Shown here piece after piece: positions 33,397 to 42,398 of a stretch of 52,955 nucleotides of DNA (its first letter is position 1; every line of letters starts with the position of its first letter). Location: positions 1-52,955 of the forward strand of contig CAJWTO010000005.1 in the NCBI GenBank assembly GCA_913047675.1, given 5' to 3'. Origin of the DNA: an uncultured Pseudomonadota bacterium (GTDB lineage Bacteria > Pseudomonadota > Gammaproteobacteria > Ga0077536). The notes under the pieces are model-generated. The model saw nothing but the letters and a program-made list of their open reading frames with translations, did not search any database and had not been told where the DNA came from. The translations under genes and the position numbers were made by a program.

Positions 33397-36300
33397 ATAT
33401 TACGACGATATTCACCCCCGACGTCATACAAAGCAGCCGATACTTGTCCCAAAGATGCGTATTTAACCGCTTCCATCAGTTGTTCGAAACAATTACCACG
33501 GGCTCTAGCGACTTCTTGCAGTGTAGAAAGCGCTTTCTCCCGATGCTCACTATGAATCTTTTGAAAATTCCTGACGGCATCTATCTGGTCTTTTTTCTCA
33601 CTTTCACTAGAGCGCATTAGTTCTAGCTCTTTTATCTCATCCTCTTGCCCTTCTTTTGGTAAAAACGTATTTACTCCTATCAGGGGTAAACTACCGTCAT
33701 GTTTTTTGTGCTCGTAGTACATACTTTCGTCTTGGATCTTTGACCGTTGGTACATAGTGTCCATTGCTCCCAACACACCTCCTCGCTCAGAAATACTATC
33801 AAACTCCTTATACACGGCCTCCTCTACAAGATCAGTTAGTTCATTTACCACAAACGAGCCTTGCCAAGTATTTTCACAAATATTCAAGCCAAGCTCACGG
33901 TTTATAACTAGCTGTATTGCTACAGCCCTGCGAACAGATTCTTCCGTTGGCGTGGTAATCGCTTCATCGTAAGCATTAGTATGCAAGCTATTACAATTAT
34001 CGAACAGCGCATAAAGCGCTTGGAGCGTTGTTCGAATATCATTGAAGCTAATTTCTTGCGCATGAAGACTCCGCCCCGACGTTTGTATATGATACTTGAG
34101 CTTCTGACTCTTAGAATTTGCACCGTAACGCTCCCTCATCGCTCTCGCCCATATCCGGCGTGCGACACGACCAATCACAGTGTATTCAGGATCCATACCA
34201 TTAGAGAAAAAGAAACTCAGATTAGGCGCAAAATCATCAATAGACATACCTCTCGCAAGATAGTATTCAACTATGGTGAAGCCATTCGATAATGTAAACG
34301 CTAGCTGTGAAATAGGGTTCGCTCCCGCTTCAGCGATGTGATAACCGCTTATAGAAATACTGTAAAAATTCTGCACTTGATGATCAACAAAATAGGCTTG
34401 TACATCGCCCATGGCTTTCATCGCAAACTCGGTAGAGAAAATGCATGTATTTTGCGCTTGATCCTCTTTCAAGATATCCGCTTGCACGGTACCTCTAACC
34501 GACTTCAATGTACGCGCCTTAATGTCTTGATAAGTCTTCGCATCGACCACATCTGCGCCTGATAAGCCCAACAAGCCTAAGCCTAAGCCATTATTTTGAG
34601 GAGGAAGCTCTCCTTGATAAGCTGGACGAGTTTTCCCTTCGAACATTCTAGAAATCTTTTTATTAGCCTCTTCCCAGCCTCCTGTCTCTTCCAGATATTT
34701 CTCTATCTGTTGGTCGATCGCGGCATTCATAAAAAATGCCAAGACAATCGGCGCAGGACCGTTTATCGTCATCGATACTGAGGTAGTGGGTGCGCACAGA
34801 TCAAAGCCAGAATAAAGTTTCTTCGCGTCATCAACCGATGCTATAGAAACTCCTGAGTTGCCAACTTTGCCATAGATATCAGGTCTTTCATGAGGATCTT
34901 CACCATACAACGTAACCGAATCAAACGCCGTAGATAATCGTGAAGCAGGCTGCCCCTCAGACAAATAATGAAATCTTCTGTTAGTCCGCTCAGGTGTACC
35001 TTCTCCAGCAAACATTCGGATCGGGTCCTCCCCTTCTCTTCGGTAGGGGAAAACGCCACCGGTATAAGGATAGCCACCGGGAAGATTTTCCTTCATCAAA
35101 AAACGTAATTGGTCCGACCATCCATCAAATTTTGGTGGTGCTATCTTAGGTATCCTTTGCTGACTCAAACTCAGTTTGTAATTATCTCCAGTGATTTCTT
35201 TTCCTCGCACTTCATAGCTGTACTTTTCTGAGGTAATCCCGGCCAAGCGTCGCTGCCAACCCAAAAGTAACTGACGCGCTTCGGCACCGATATCATCAAG
35301 AGCCGAATTATAACGCTGTCGCAGCGTCATCAATGACTTATCTTGACTCTCCAAAAGAGCTGTCTGAGCGTAAGGTTCGAATGCTGCAGGATGTTCTGGA
35401 TCATCTAGTTCACCGAGGGCGCTATAACAGTATTGAGCGCGATTAGCTGATTCGCATAATTCTTCAATCTGTTTATTTACGCCACGTCCTTGTTCGGCAA
35501 TTTCAGACAAGTAACGAACCCTATTACCGGGAATCAAAACCGTTGCCTTAGGTTCTTTGACTTTTATTTCACTTTCAAAAGACCACGTTGCGTCACCAAG
35601 CAGCTGAGCAACTTTCTCACACAATTGTGAGAACATCCAAGACACGCCAGGGTCGTTAAACTGACTCGCAATAGTGGGGTAAACTGGAATATTTTCGTCT
35701 TCAATTTCAAATTCCAGATGATTCCGTTTCCATTGCTTACGAACATCTCGCAGTGCATCTTCAGCTCCCCGCTTGTCGAACTTGTTCAAAATAATGACGT
35801 CTGCAAAATCAAGCATGTCAATTTTTTCGAGTTGACTTGCAGCTCCATACTCGCTTGTCATTACGTAGATTGAAGCGTCGACCAGATCGACAATTTCACT
35901 GTCGCTTTGGCCAATACCCGCAGTCTCTACGATAATCATATCAAAGCCTACAGACTTCAAAAAAGTAATAGCGTCTGCCAGCATCGCGCTCGTTGAGACA
36001 TGTTGGCGTCGAGTAGCCATAGAGCGCATGAATAGATTCTCATGCCGCAGACTGTTCATTCTTATTCTGTCCCCAAGTAAAGCTCCACCTGTTCGTCTAC
36101 GTGTTGGATCGACAGCTAAAACTGCGATTTTTTTCTCGGGAAAATATTGGCAAAAACGCGACATAATCTCATCCGTGACGCTACTCTTTCCCGCACCACC
36201 TGTCCCAGTTATTCCTATCACAGGCGTATTTCCAGAGGCCATCTGCCACTCTTTCCGGAGTCTCTCAAGCTTGTTATCAGAGACGACTGAGTCCTCAAGG

Positions 36301-36833
36301 GCGGAAAGCATTTGAGCAACACTATAAAAATCATCGATCGTAACGTTTCCGGGAATCTTTGATGTAAGTCTTGCGTCCTCAGACCGTTTCACTAAATCAC
36401 TGATCATTCCGGTCAGACCCATTTTCATTCCATCATTAGGATGGTAGATCCGCTCCACACCATAAGATTCCAGATCGGAAATTTCCTCAGGCGTGATCGT
36501 TCCGCCCCCTCCACCAAAAACTCTAACGTGACCTGCCCCAGCATCTCTTAGCATATCAACCATATAGCGGAAATATTCATTATGACCGCCTTGATAAGAA
36601 CTCATAGCAATACCGTCCGCGTCCTCCTGTATTGCTGCATTCACCACATCTGCGACAGAGCGATTGTGGCCCAAGTGAATTACTTCAACACCCTCCGCTT
36701 GAATCATACGTCGCATGACATTAATGGCAGCGTCATGACCGTCAAACAAAGACGCCGCTGTTACGAAACGCATTGGGGACACTGATATAGGCGTCTCCTC
36801 GTTACCAGATACATCTTCGACTTTAGTACTCAT
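33393..36833 (-). CDS. icmF: Fused isobutyryl-CoA mutase / G-protein chaperone
   Basis: N-terminal B12 domain (FDGHDAAIN), MeaB-like GTPase (GTGGAGKS, DPTRRRTGGALLGDRIRM, VETAGIGQ, NKFD) and mutase barrel (RMFAGEG, GTVQADILKEDQAQ, ISGYHIAEAG, HIQTSGRSL). Confidence 0.96.
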   Translation of the reverse strand: MSTKVEDVSGNEETPISVSPMRFVTAASLFDGHDAAINVMRRMIQAEGVEVIHLGHNRSVADVVNAAIQEDADGIAMSSYQGGHNEYFRYMVDMLRDAGAGHVRVFGGGGGTITPEEISDLESYGVERIYHPNDGMKMGLTGMISDLVKRSEDARLTSKIPGNVTIDDFYSVAQMLSALEDSVVSDNKLERLRKEWQMASGNTPVIGITGTGGAGKSSVTDEIMSRFCQYFPEKKIAVLAVDPTRRRTGGALLGDRIRMNSLRHENLFMRSMATRRQHVSTSAMLADAITFLKSVGFDMIIVETAGIGQSDSEIVDLVDASIYVMTSEYGAASQLEKIDMLDFADVIILNKFDKRGAEDALRDVRKQWKRNHLEFEIEDENIPVYPTIASQFNDPGVSWMFSQLCEKVAQLLGDATWSFESEIKVKEPKATVLIPGNRVRYLSEIAEQGRGVNKQIEELCESANRAQYCYSALGELDDPEHPAAFEPYAQTALLESQDKSLMTLRQRYNSALDDIGAEARQLLLGWQRRLAGITSEKYSYEVRGKEITGDNYKLSLSQQRIPKIAPPKFDGWSDQLRFLMKENLPGGYPYTGGVFPYRREGEDPIRMFAGEGTPERTNRRFHYLSEGQPASRLSTAFDSVTLYGEDPHERPDIYGKVGNSGVSIASVDDAKKLYSGFDLCAPTTSVSMTINGPAPIVLAFFMNAAIDQQIEKYLEETGGWEEANKKISRMFEGKTRPAYQGELPPQNNGLGLGLLGLSGADVVDAKTYQDIKARTLKSVRGTVQADILKEDQAQNTCIFSTEFAMKAMGDVQAYFVDHQVQNFYSISISGYHIAEAGANPISQLAFTLSNGFTIVEYYLARGMSIDDFAPNLSFFFSNGMDPEYTVIGRVARRIWARAMRERYGANSKSQKLKYHIQTSGRSLHAQEISFNDIRTTLQALYALFDNCNSLHTNAYDEAITTPTEESVRRAVAIQLVINRELGLNICENTWQGSFVVNELTDLVEEAVYKEFDSISERGGVLGAMDTMYQRSKIQDESMYYEHKKHDGSLPLIGVNTFLPKEGQEDEIKELELMRSSESEKKDQIDAVRNFQKIHSEHREKALSTLQEVARARGNCFEQLMEAVKYASLGQVSAALYDVGGEYRRNM

Positions 36834-36846
36834 ATTTAAATCTCCA

Positions 36847-37485
36847 TTAGTGCGCCTTTCCCAACGCCAACGCTGTCTGTGTTTTTAATATTGTATGAAG
36901 TTCCCTTATATGCTCAACATTCTCTGGGTCGGCGAGCCACTGATATACGATACCGATAATCGCGGCACAGAAGTTCTGAGCCGCTCCTCGGTAATCGACG
37001 GTCGAAGAGAGTTCCTTATTTACAACAGCTTTTTGTATCCAGTTTTCCACATCCCTACGCCGTCTGTGATGGATATTTGCCACGACCTCCCTCAGGCCTT
37101 GGTCAGGGCCAATAGAATTAAACCAAAGTATGTAGAATGCTCTTATGTTATTTGCGCCCTGTGTGATGAATGCTTGATGAGCATCTACCGCGGCACCAAT
37201 AGCACGCACGCCCACTTCATCTCTCACGGCGAGCCTCAGTTCCTTAAGCCATAACTCTCCTACGGAGCGCACGATAAAAGTGAAAAGCTGGTCTTTTGTT
37301 CCAAATCGGTGACTTGCCAAACCCCTGCTGTAACCAGCTAATTCGCCGACTTCCTTCAAAGTAGTTCTTGTTGTACCTTTAGCACAAATCAGCTCCACGG
37401 CGGCACTGAGCATCTTCGCATCCGACAACGCTGTCCTTTCAGCTTGTGTACGACGATCTTTTTCTAATAGCGCAGCTGTGCTCAT
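36847..37485 (-). CDS. TetR/AcrR-family transcriptional regulator
   Basis: RRTQAER N-terminus and HTH GTTRTTLKEVGELAGYSRGLASHRFGTK; lies 13 nt upstream of icmF on the same strand. Confidence 0.92.
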   Translation of the reverse strand: MSTAALLEKDRRTQAERTALSDAKMLSAAVELICAKGTTRTTLKEVGELAGYSRGLASHRFGTKDQLFTFIVRSVGELWLKELRLAVRDEVGVRAIGAAVDAHQAFITQGANNIRAFYILWFNSIGPDQGLREVVANIHHRRRRDVENWIQKAVVNKELSSTVDYRGAAQNFCAAIIGIVYQWLADPENVEHIRELHTILKTQTALALGKAH

Positions 37486-37505
37486 ATAGCAATTATCAGT
37501 TATAT

Positions 37506-37528
37506 ATTACTTGCTCGCAACAAGTAAT
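37506..37528. promoter_or_regulatory. Inverted repeat ATTACTTG-N7-CAAGTAAT, putative TetR operator
   Basis: Perfect 8-bp arms 20 nt upstream of the TetR start codon; TetR regulators commonly bind palindromes at their own promoters. Confidence 0.6.
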
Positions 37529-37577
37529 TTTTACTATATTATAATCAATATCTTGAAGAGGTTATCTAAGTCTTATT

Positions 37578-38396
37578 CTATTTAAAAGAGTAGGTCTCAG
37601 TAGGGAACTTTCCTCCTTTCACCTCCGTAACATAGCTACCTACTGCATTTTGTATGGAGTTAGAACCTTCCATATAATTCTTAGAAAATCGCGTACGCTT
37701 ACCAGGCGCTATATCGAGTACGTCATACAATACCAAGATTTGACCGTCCACATCTGGTCCAGCCCCAATACCAATAACTGGGACCTTTGCGCTCTTGGTG
37801 ATCTCTCGTCCCAGTCCAGTCGGGACACACTCCAATAAAAGCAGATCAGCACCTGCAACTTCTAGGGCGGCTGCATCCTCTAGCATTTTATCCGCAGCTG
37901 CGGCCTCCCGACCTTGTACTTTGTATCCACCATACTTGTGAATTGCTTGGGGAGTTAAACCAAGATGTGCACACACAGGCACCCCACATTCGGTGAGCCG
38001 CCTGACCATATCGATTTCTAATTCACCCCATTCAAGCTTAACCATCGCCGCCCCACCCTCTTTCATAATCCTGGCAGCATTACTTAAACAATCATGAGGG
38101 GAGGAGTAGCTCATAAAAGGCATATCGGACATCAACAAAGCACGAGACAGTCCTCTTGATACGAGCTGGGTATGGTAAATTATCTCGTCTACGGTCACTG
38201 GAATAGTTGTCTCTCGTCCCTGAACAACCATCCCTACAGAATCTCCAACTAAAACAAAATCAACACCTGCTTGATCAAGAACCATCGCAAAAGCCGCATC
38301 ATAAGCGGTCATCGCGGCAATTTTCTCCCCGCCTTCTTTCATAAGCTTCAAAGTTGCATTTGTAACTTTAGAACTTGTATCAGTTTGCACGCTCAT
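37578..38396 (-). CDS. panB: 3-methyl-2-oxobutanoate hydroxymethyltransferase
   Basis: MTAYDA, LVGDSVGM, DMPFMSY, HLGLTPQ, GGYKVQG, IGIGAG and GQILVLYD motifs. Confidence 0.96.
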   Translation of the reverse strand: MSVQTDTSSKVTNATLKLMKEGGEKIAAMTAYDAAFAMVLDQAGVDFVLVGDSVGMVVQGRETTIPVTVDEIIYHTQLVSRGLSRALLMSDMPFMSYSSPHDCLSNAARIMKEGGAAMVKLEWGELEIDMVRRLTECGVPVCAHLGLTPQAIHKYGGYKVQGREAAAADKMLEDAAALEVAGADLLLLECVPTGLGREITKSAKVPVIGIGAGPDVDGQILVLYDVLDIAPGKRTRFSKNYMEGSNSIQNAVGSYVTEVKGGKFPTETYSFK

Positions 38397-38462
38397 TGTT
38401 AAGTACCACTCGTCATATAATAAATTTTCTATTGTTCCTTTCGATGGAACGAAAAAATAGGG

Positions 38463-39341
38463 CTAAATGCCCTCGGTGTGAATCCATTTCTCTATTGCAT
38501 CAGCGATTTCTACAGGGGAGTCTTCCTGAATAAAGTGAAGTCCTTTTACTTTAACCTCTTGCTGGTTTGGCCATGTCCGGGCGTAGTCCCGAGGAAGTCC
38601 GCTTAATATCATCCCCGGATCAGCATCGATGAAAAGTTTCGGTATATTACTCTGGCTTAAAAATTCTCCATAATTCTCTACAATGTCGCAAACTTCTTTC
38701 GGTTCGCTCTCAAGCGGAATTTGACGTGGCCAAGTCAGTGTGGGCCGGCGGTCTTCTCCAGCATTCTTGAAAGGCTCTATATAGGCCTCCATTTCATCAG
38801 CTTCAAGCTGTCTGAGAATAGACGCGGGTAAAACTTTTTTAACAAAAACATTTTTCTCCAAAACTACCTCTTCACCAGCACTGCTCCTAAAGGTCTGAAA
38901 AATGTCTCGCGCAGACTCAGGCCAAACATCCCAGGTCAATGGACAGACGATAGCCTCCATATAACACACGCCTGAGACACGCCCAGGATACTGTGCAATG
39001 TGATCAAAGCCCAGTGCACTTCCCCAATCATGAATTACCCATATAACATCCTGCTTGACGTCTAACGCGTCTAAAGCACCATGTAAGTAGTCTCGATGTT
39101 CAACGAATGTATATCGATCGGGACCAGAAGGGGTTAGTTTTTCAGAGTCACCCATACCAATCAAATCAATCGCAATGCATCGTCCTAGATGGGCTAATTT
39201 TGGCATGATATTTCTCCACAGGTATGAAGATGTGGGGTTGCCATGCTGGAAAATAATTGGTCGACCTTCTCCCATCTCGACGTAGGCCATGCGACTGCCA
39301 TTCACTTCAACAAATTTCTTCTTTGCCGTCCATTCATTCAT
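38463..39341 (-). CDS. Haloalkane dehalogenase (LinB/DhaA-like, HLD-II)
   Basis: HGNPTSSYLWRN, DLIGMGDS, HDWG nucleophile, YMEA acid, TLTWPRQIP and GLHFIQED base motifs. Confidence 0.92.
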   Translation of the reverse strand: MNEWTAKKKFVEVNGSRMAYVEMGEGRPIIFQHGNPTSSYLWRNIMPKLAHLGRCIAIDLIGMGDSEKLTPSGPDRYTFVEHRDYLHGALDALDVKQDVIWVIHDWGSALGFDHIAQYPGRVSGVCYMEAIVCPLTWDVWPESARDIFQTFRSSAGEEVVLEKNVFVKKVLPASILRQLEADEMEAYIEPFKNAGEDRRPTLTWPRQIPLESEPKEVCDIVENYGEFLSQSNIPKLFIDADPGMILSGLPRDYARTWPNQQEVKVKGLHFIQEDSPVEIADAIEKWIHTEGI

Positions 39342-39461
39342 AGATCTATCCTTTTTTTATTCAAGTTATGCCCCGCGGCAAATAACATGAGTCAGAGACA
39401 TCGCTAAGCATTTCGACCGACAAGCAATATCTATTGAGCAGTAAGGAAAATTCAAATACCC

Positions 39462-40340
39462 CTATCTACTTTTAATTTGCTCCGCAAGCGCTGTAACGCG
39501 CTCGGCTAGCACAAGATGCGGTTTATCTATCATCTTTCCATCAATCTGCAATGTACCCGCCTCAGGGTTATTCTTGAAGGCCTCAATAACTGCCTTAGCG
39601 TGAGACAATTCCTCAAGGCTGGGAGAGAATGCTTTATTGATAACCTCAACTTGGGCAGGATGAATGCAAATTTTCCCAGTAAATCCGTCACGACGGGCAT
39701 CATCACACACAACTCGCAACTGATCTAAATCCCTAAAATCTGCCATAACGGTATCGATAGCTTGCACATGCGCGGCGTGAGCCGCAAATAAGCACAGCGA
39801 TCTGGTCATTTGATAAGGCGCTGTCCAATCTTTATTTGGTAGCGTATTCGCACTGGCGCCTACTGCCGCTCCTAAATCCTCTGCTCCCCAAGTTAGGCTT
39901 GAGACACGCTTAGGACTATCAACATACTGGCCCATGGTAAAGATAGCAGCTGCTGTCTCCGAGATAAGGGGTAACATTGCTATAGAACTCTGAGCGATTC
40001 CGTGCTCCGCCTCTAATACATCCATATAATGCGACACACAAATAACATCGTCTAATCCGTTTGATTTGGGGAAGACAACACCGTCTGGCGCAGCGGGAAT
40101 CACGGTCGCAAGATCGTTTAAAATCATTCCAGAATCTAACGGATTAACTCTTACGTAGAATTTAACGCTTGAATCAGTCTTAGCCTTTAAAAAGTCTCTG
40201 ACCATTTCCCTCGCTAATGGTTTACGAGCTTCTGCGACCGAGTCTTCTAAATCTAGAATGACGCAATCAGCTCCGATTGTTGAAGCCTTAAGCATTTTCT
40301 TTTCACTATCACCAGGAGCAAACAATAATGAACGCAACAT
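39462..40340 (-). CDS. CitE-like CoA-ester lyase (HpcH/HpaI aldolase-citrate lyase family)
   Basis: RSLLFAPG, LDLEDSV, YVRVN, ISET, WGAEDL, GFTGKICIHPAQ and DGKMIDKP motifs. Confidence 0.92.
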   Translation of the reverse strand: MLRSLLFAPGDSEKKMLKASTIGADCVILDLEDSVAEARKPLAREMVRDFLKAKTDSSVKFYVRVNPLDSGMILNDLATVIPAAPDGVVFPKSNGLDDVICVSHYMDVLEAEHGIAQSSIAMLPLISETAAAIFTMGQYVDSPKRVSSLTWGAEDLGAAVGASANTLPNKDWTAPYQMTRSLCLFAAHAAHVQAIDTVMADFRDLDQLRVVCDDARRDGFTGKICIHPAQVEVINKAFSPSLEELSHAKAVIEAFKNNPEAGTLQIDGKMIDKPHLVLAERVTALAEQIKSR

Positions 40341-40795
40341 TACGAAGGTTTCCTTAGAATAAGGCCAGATCTTTTACAATAGGCAACTAGATCATCGTTT
40401 TGATTGAAGGCGCTATGCGCAAATAGCACGATGCCATTGTTCGGTCTCGATTTACTATCGCGTTTCTCCAAGATCTCAGTTTCAACGCGAATGGTATCGC
40501 CATGAAAGCAGGGCTTAGGAAAACGAACTTCATCCCAACCTAAATTAGCGACCGCCGTTCCCAGAGTTGTATCATACACAGTAATACCTACCATTAAAGA
40601 CAGCGTAAAACAGCTGTTGACTATTCTTTGCCCGAACTCAGTATGCTCTCTGCAGTACTCATCGTCTAAGTGCAGTTTAGCTGGATTGTGAGTCATAGTT
40701 GTAAACAACACATTATCAGTCTCAGTTATGGTGCGGGTAATAGCGTGTTCAAATTTTTGACCAACACTAAATTCTTCGTAAAACAATCCTGCCAT
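40340..40795 (-). CDS. MaoC-family (R)-specific hydratase, similar to M. tuberculosis Rv2499c
   Basis: MAGLFYEEF...RTITETDNVLFTTMTHNPAKLHLD...FGQRIVNS...ANLGWDEVRFPKPCFHGDT...SKSRPNNGIV; one-base overlap with the CitE-like gene. Confidence 0.88.
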   Translation of the reverse strand: MAGLFYEEFSVGQKFEHAITRTITETDNVLFTTMTHNPAKLHLDDEYCREHTEFGQRIVNSCFTLSLMVGITVYDTTLGTAVANLGWDEVRFPKPCFHGDTIRVETEILEKRDSKSRPNNGIVLFAHSAFNQNDDLVAYCKRSGLILRKPS

Positions 40796-40868
40796 CGTGC
40801 CTCTCCTATTTATCAACTAAATCGTACTTTTAACAAAGTCTTGTCAACCACGGTCAATTAATTACCAA

Positions 40869-42377
40869 TCACAAAAATAAATCCTTGTACTTTTCCCGTA
40901 ATTCAGTTTTCTGAATTTTCCCCATAGCATTTCGCGGCAGTTCATCGAGCGTCACTATCGCTTTTGGAAGTTTGTATTTTGCTAACTTGTCAGACAAAGT
41001 GTCAAGCAGAGTCTCTCTACATAATTCTTTCTCGTTGGTCGTCACGACCGCCGCAACAACAGCCTCACCGAAGTCAGAGTGCTCAACACCAAACACAGCA
41101 ACTTCTAATACGAGGTTATCTTGTTCAATCTCTTTTTCAACTTCCTTAGGATATACATTTAACCCACCGCTTATGATCATGTCCTTTGAGCGACCCGATA
41201 TATAAAGGTACTCGTCGTCATCCAAGTAGCCTTGATCACCAGTAATGAACCAACCATCTTTTGTGAAGGCCTCAGAGGTTTTTTCTGGAAGATTCCAATA
41301 TTCGGGAAACACATTCTCACCCTTAACTTCAATAGACCCTATTCTATTGGCACCACCATCTGCCTTATTAATACTTGAGATGCGGAGTTTCACACCGGGA
41401 AGCACCTGACCAACTGAGCCAGCTATTCGATTGCCATTGATAGGATTTGAGGTGTTGACCCCTGTCTCAGTCATACCGTATCGCTCCAACACCGATTTAC
41501 CGGTGCGAGCCTTAAACCGTGCGAACAATTTCTCAGACAAAGGTGCTGATCCAGAAATAAACACTCGAACAGACCGGCAACAATTAGCACTGAAAGTAGG
41601 ATCGGCCAGTAACCGAGAATAATATGTTGGCACGCCTGCCATCACGGTGCTATCAGCCAACTCGGCAATTACTTCTTTTACATCAAAAGCGAGCGCGTAT
41701 TTAATCTGACAGCCGCTCAGCAATGAGGGCCCCAGCAATATGAATAGCCCATGGACATGAAATACGGGCAGAACATGAAGTACGGTATCGCTTGAATCAA
41801 ACTCCCACAGATCCTTTAATGTACTGGCGTTGCTAAAAAGGTTTCCATGAGTTAACCGAATACCTTTAGGGTCACCAGTAGTACCTGAAGAATACAAGAG
41901 TGCCGCCGTGTCATCCCCACGCATCTTTACCGTTTCAAATGATCTGTAGTGCTCTGAGCGAGGCCGAAAAAGTCTGTCCCCGTCGCGACCATCTAAAGGC
42001 AATATCTCAGTATTTTTTTTTCGGTCGACGCCATCAAATTTACTACGCAAATCGTGGGATGAAACTATTAATTTAGGCTTTGCATCTCTTAGAAAGAATT
42101 GAATCTCAGACGGCGTGTATGCGGGATTTAACGGATGAAAAATACAACCAACTCGTAAGCATCCCAGATAGAGCCAAAGAAAATTAAGAGACTTCCCTCC
42201 TATGACTGATACTAGATCACCTTTAGTCAAACCAAAATCTGTAAGGGTAGAGGCTACGGTTCCTGTGATCTTATCAACATCGTTATAAGTAAACACCTCT
42301 CCTTTGCACACAAGGGCGCGATTTCTCATCTGGAATTGCTCACGAAAACGTGAGTACAGATTCTCGCTTTCGCTCAT
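40869..42377 (-). CDS. MatB-like malonyl-CoA synthetase / dicarboxylate-CoA ligase
   Basis: YSSGTTGDPKG, LPVFHVHGL, ERYGMTETG, SNP...GSVG, NVFPEYW, IISGGLNVYPKEVE and LPRNAMGKIQK motifs typical of MatB. Confidence 0.82.
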   Translation of the reverse strand: MSESENLYSRFREQFQMRNRALVCKGEVFTYNDVDKITGTVASTLTDFGLTKGDLVSVIGGKSLNFLWLYLGCLRVGCIFHPLNPAYTPSEIQFFLRDAKPKLIVSSHDLRSKFDGVDRKKNTEILPLDGRDGDRLFRPRSEHYRSFETVKMRGDDTAALLYSSGTTGDPKGIRLTHGNLFSNASTLKDLWEFDSSDTVLHVLPVFHVHGLFILLGPSLLSGCQIKYALAFDVKEVIAELADSTVMAGVPTYYSRLLADPTFSANCCRSVRVFISGSAPLSEKLFARFKARTGKSVLERYGMTETGVNTSNPINGNRIAGSVGQVLPGVKLRISSINKADGGANRIGSIEVKGENVFPEYWNLPEKTSEAFTKDGWFITGDQGYLDDDEYLYISGRSKDMIISGGLNVYPKEVEKEIEQDNLVLEVAVFGVEHSDFGEAVVAAVVTTNEKELCRETLLDTLSDKLAKYKLPKAIVTLDELPRNAMGKIQKTELREKYKDLFL

Positions 42378-42398
42378 ATCTTTTAAACTCTTATGCCA

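Noticed and set aside
33393-36833. IcmF as a dedicated pivalyl-CoA or 2-hydroxyisobutyryl-CoA mutase
   Set aside because: The specificity position reads RMFAG (Phe), typical of isobutyryl-CoA mutases, not the Leu or Ile of pivalyl-CoA or hydroxyisobutyryl-CoA mutases.
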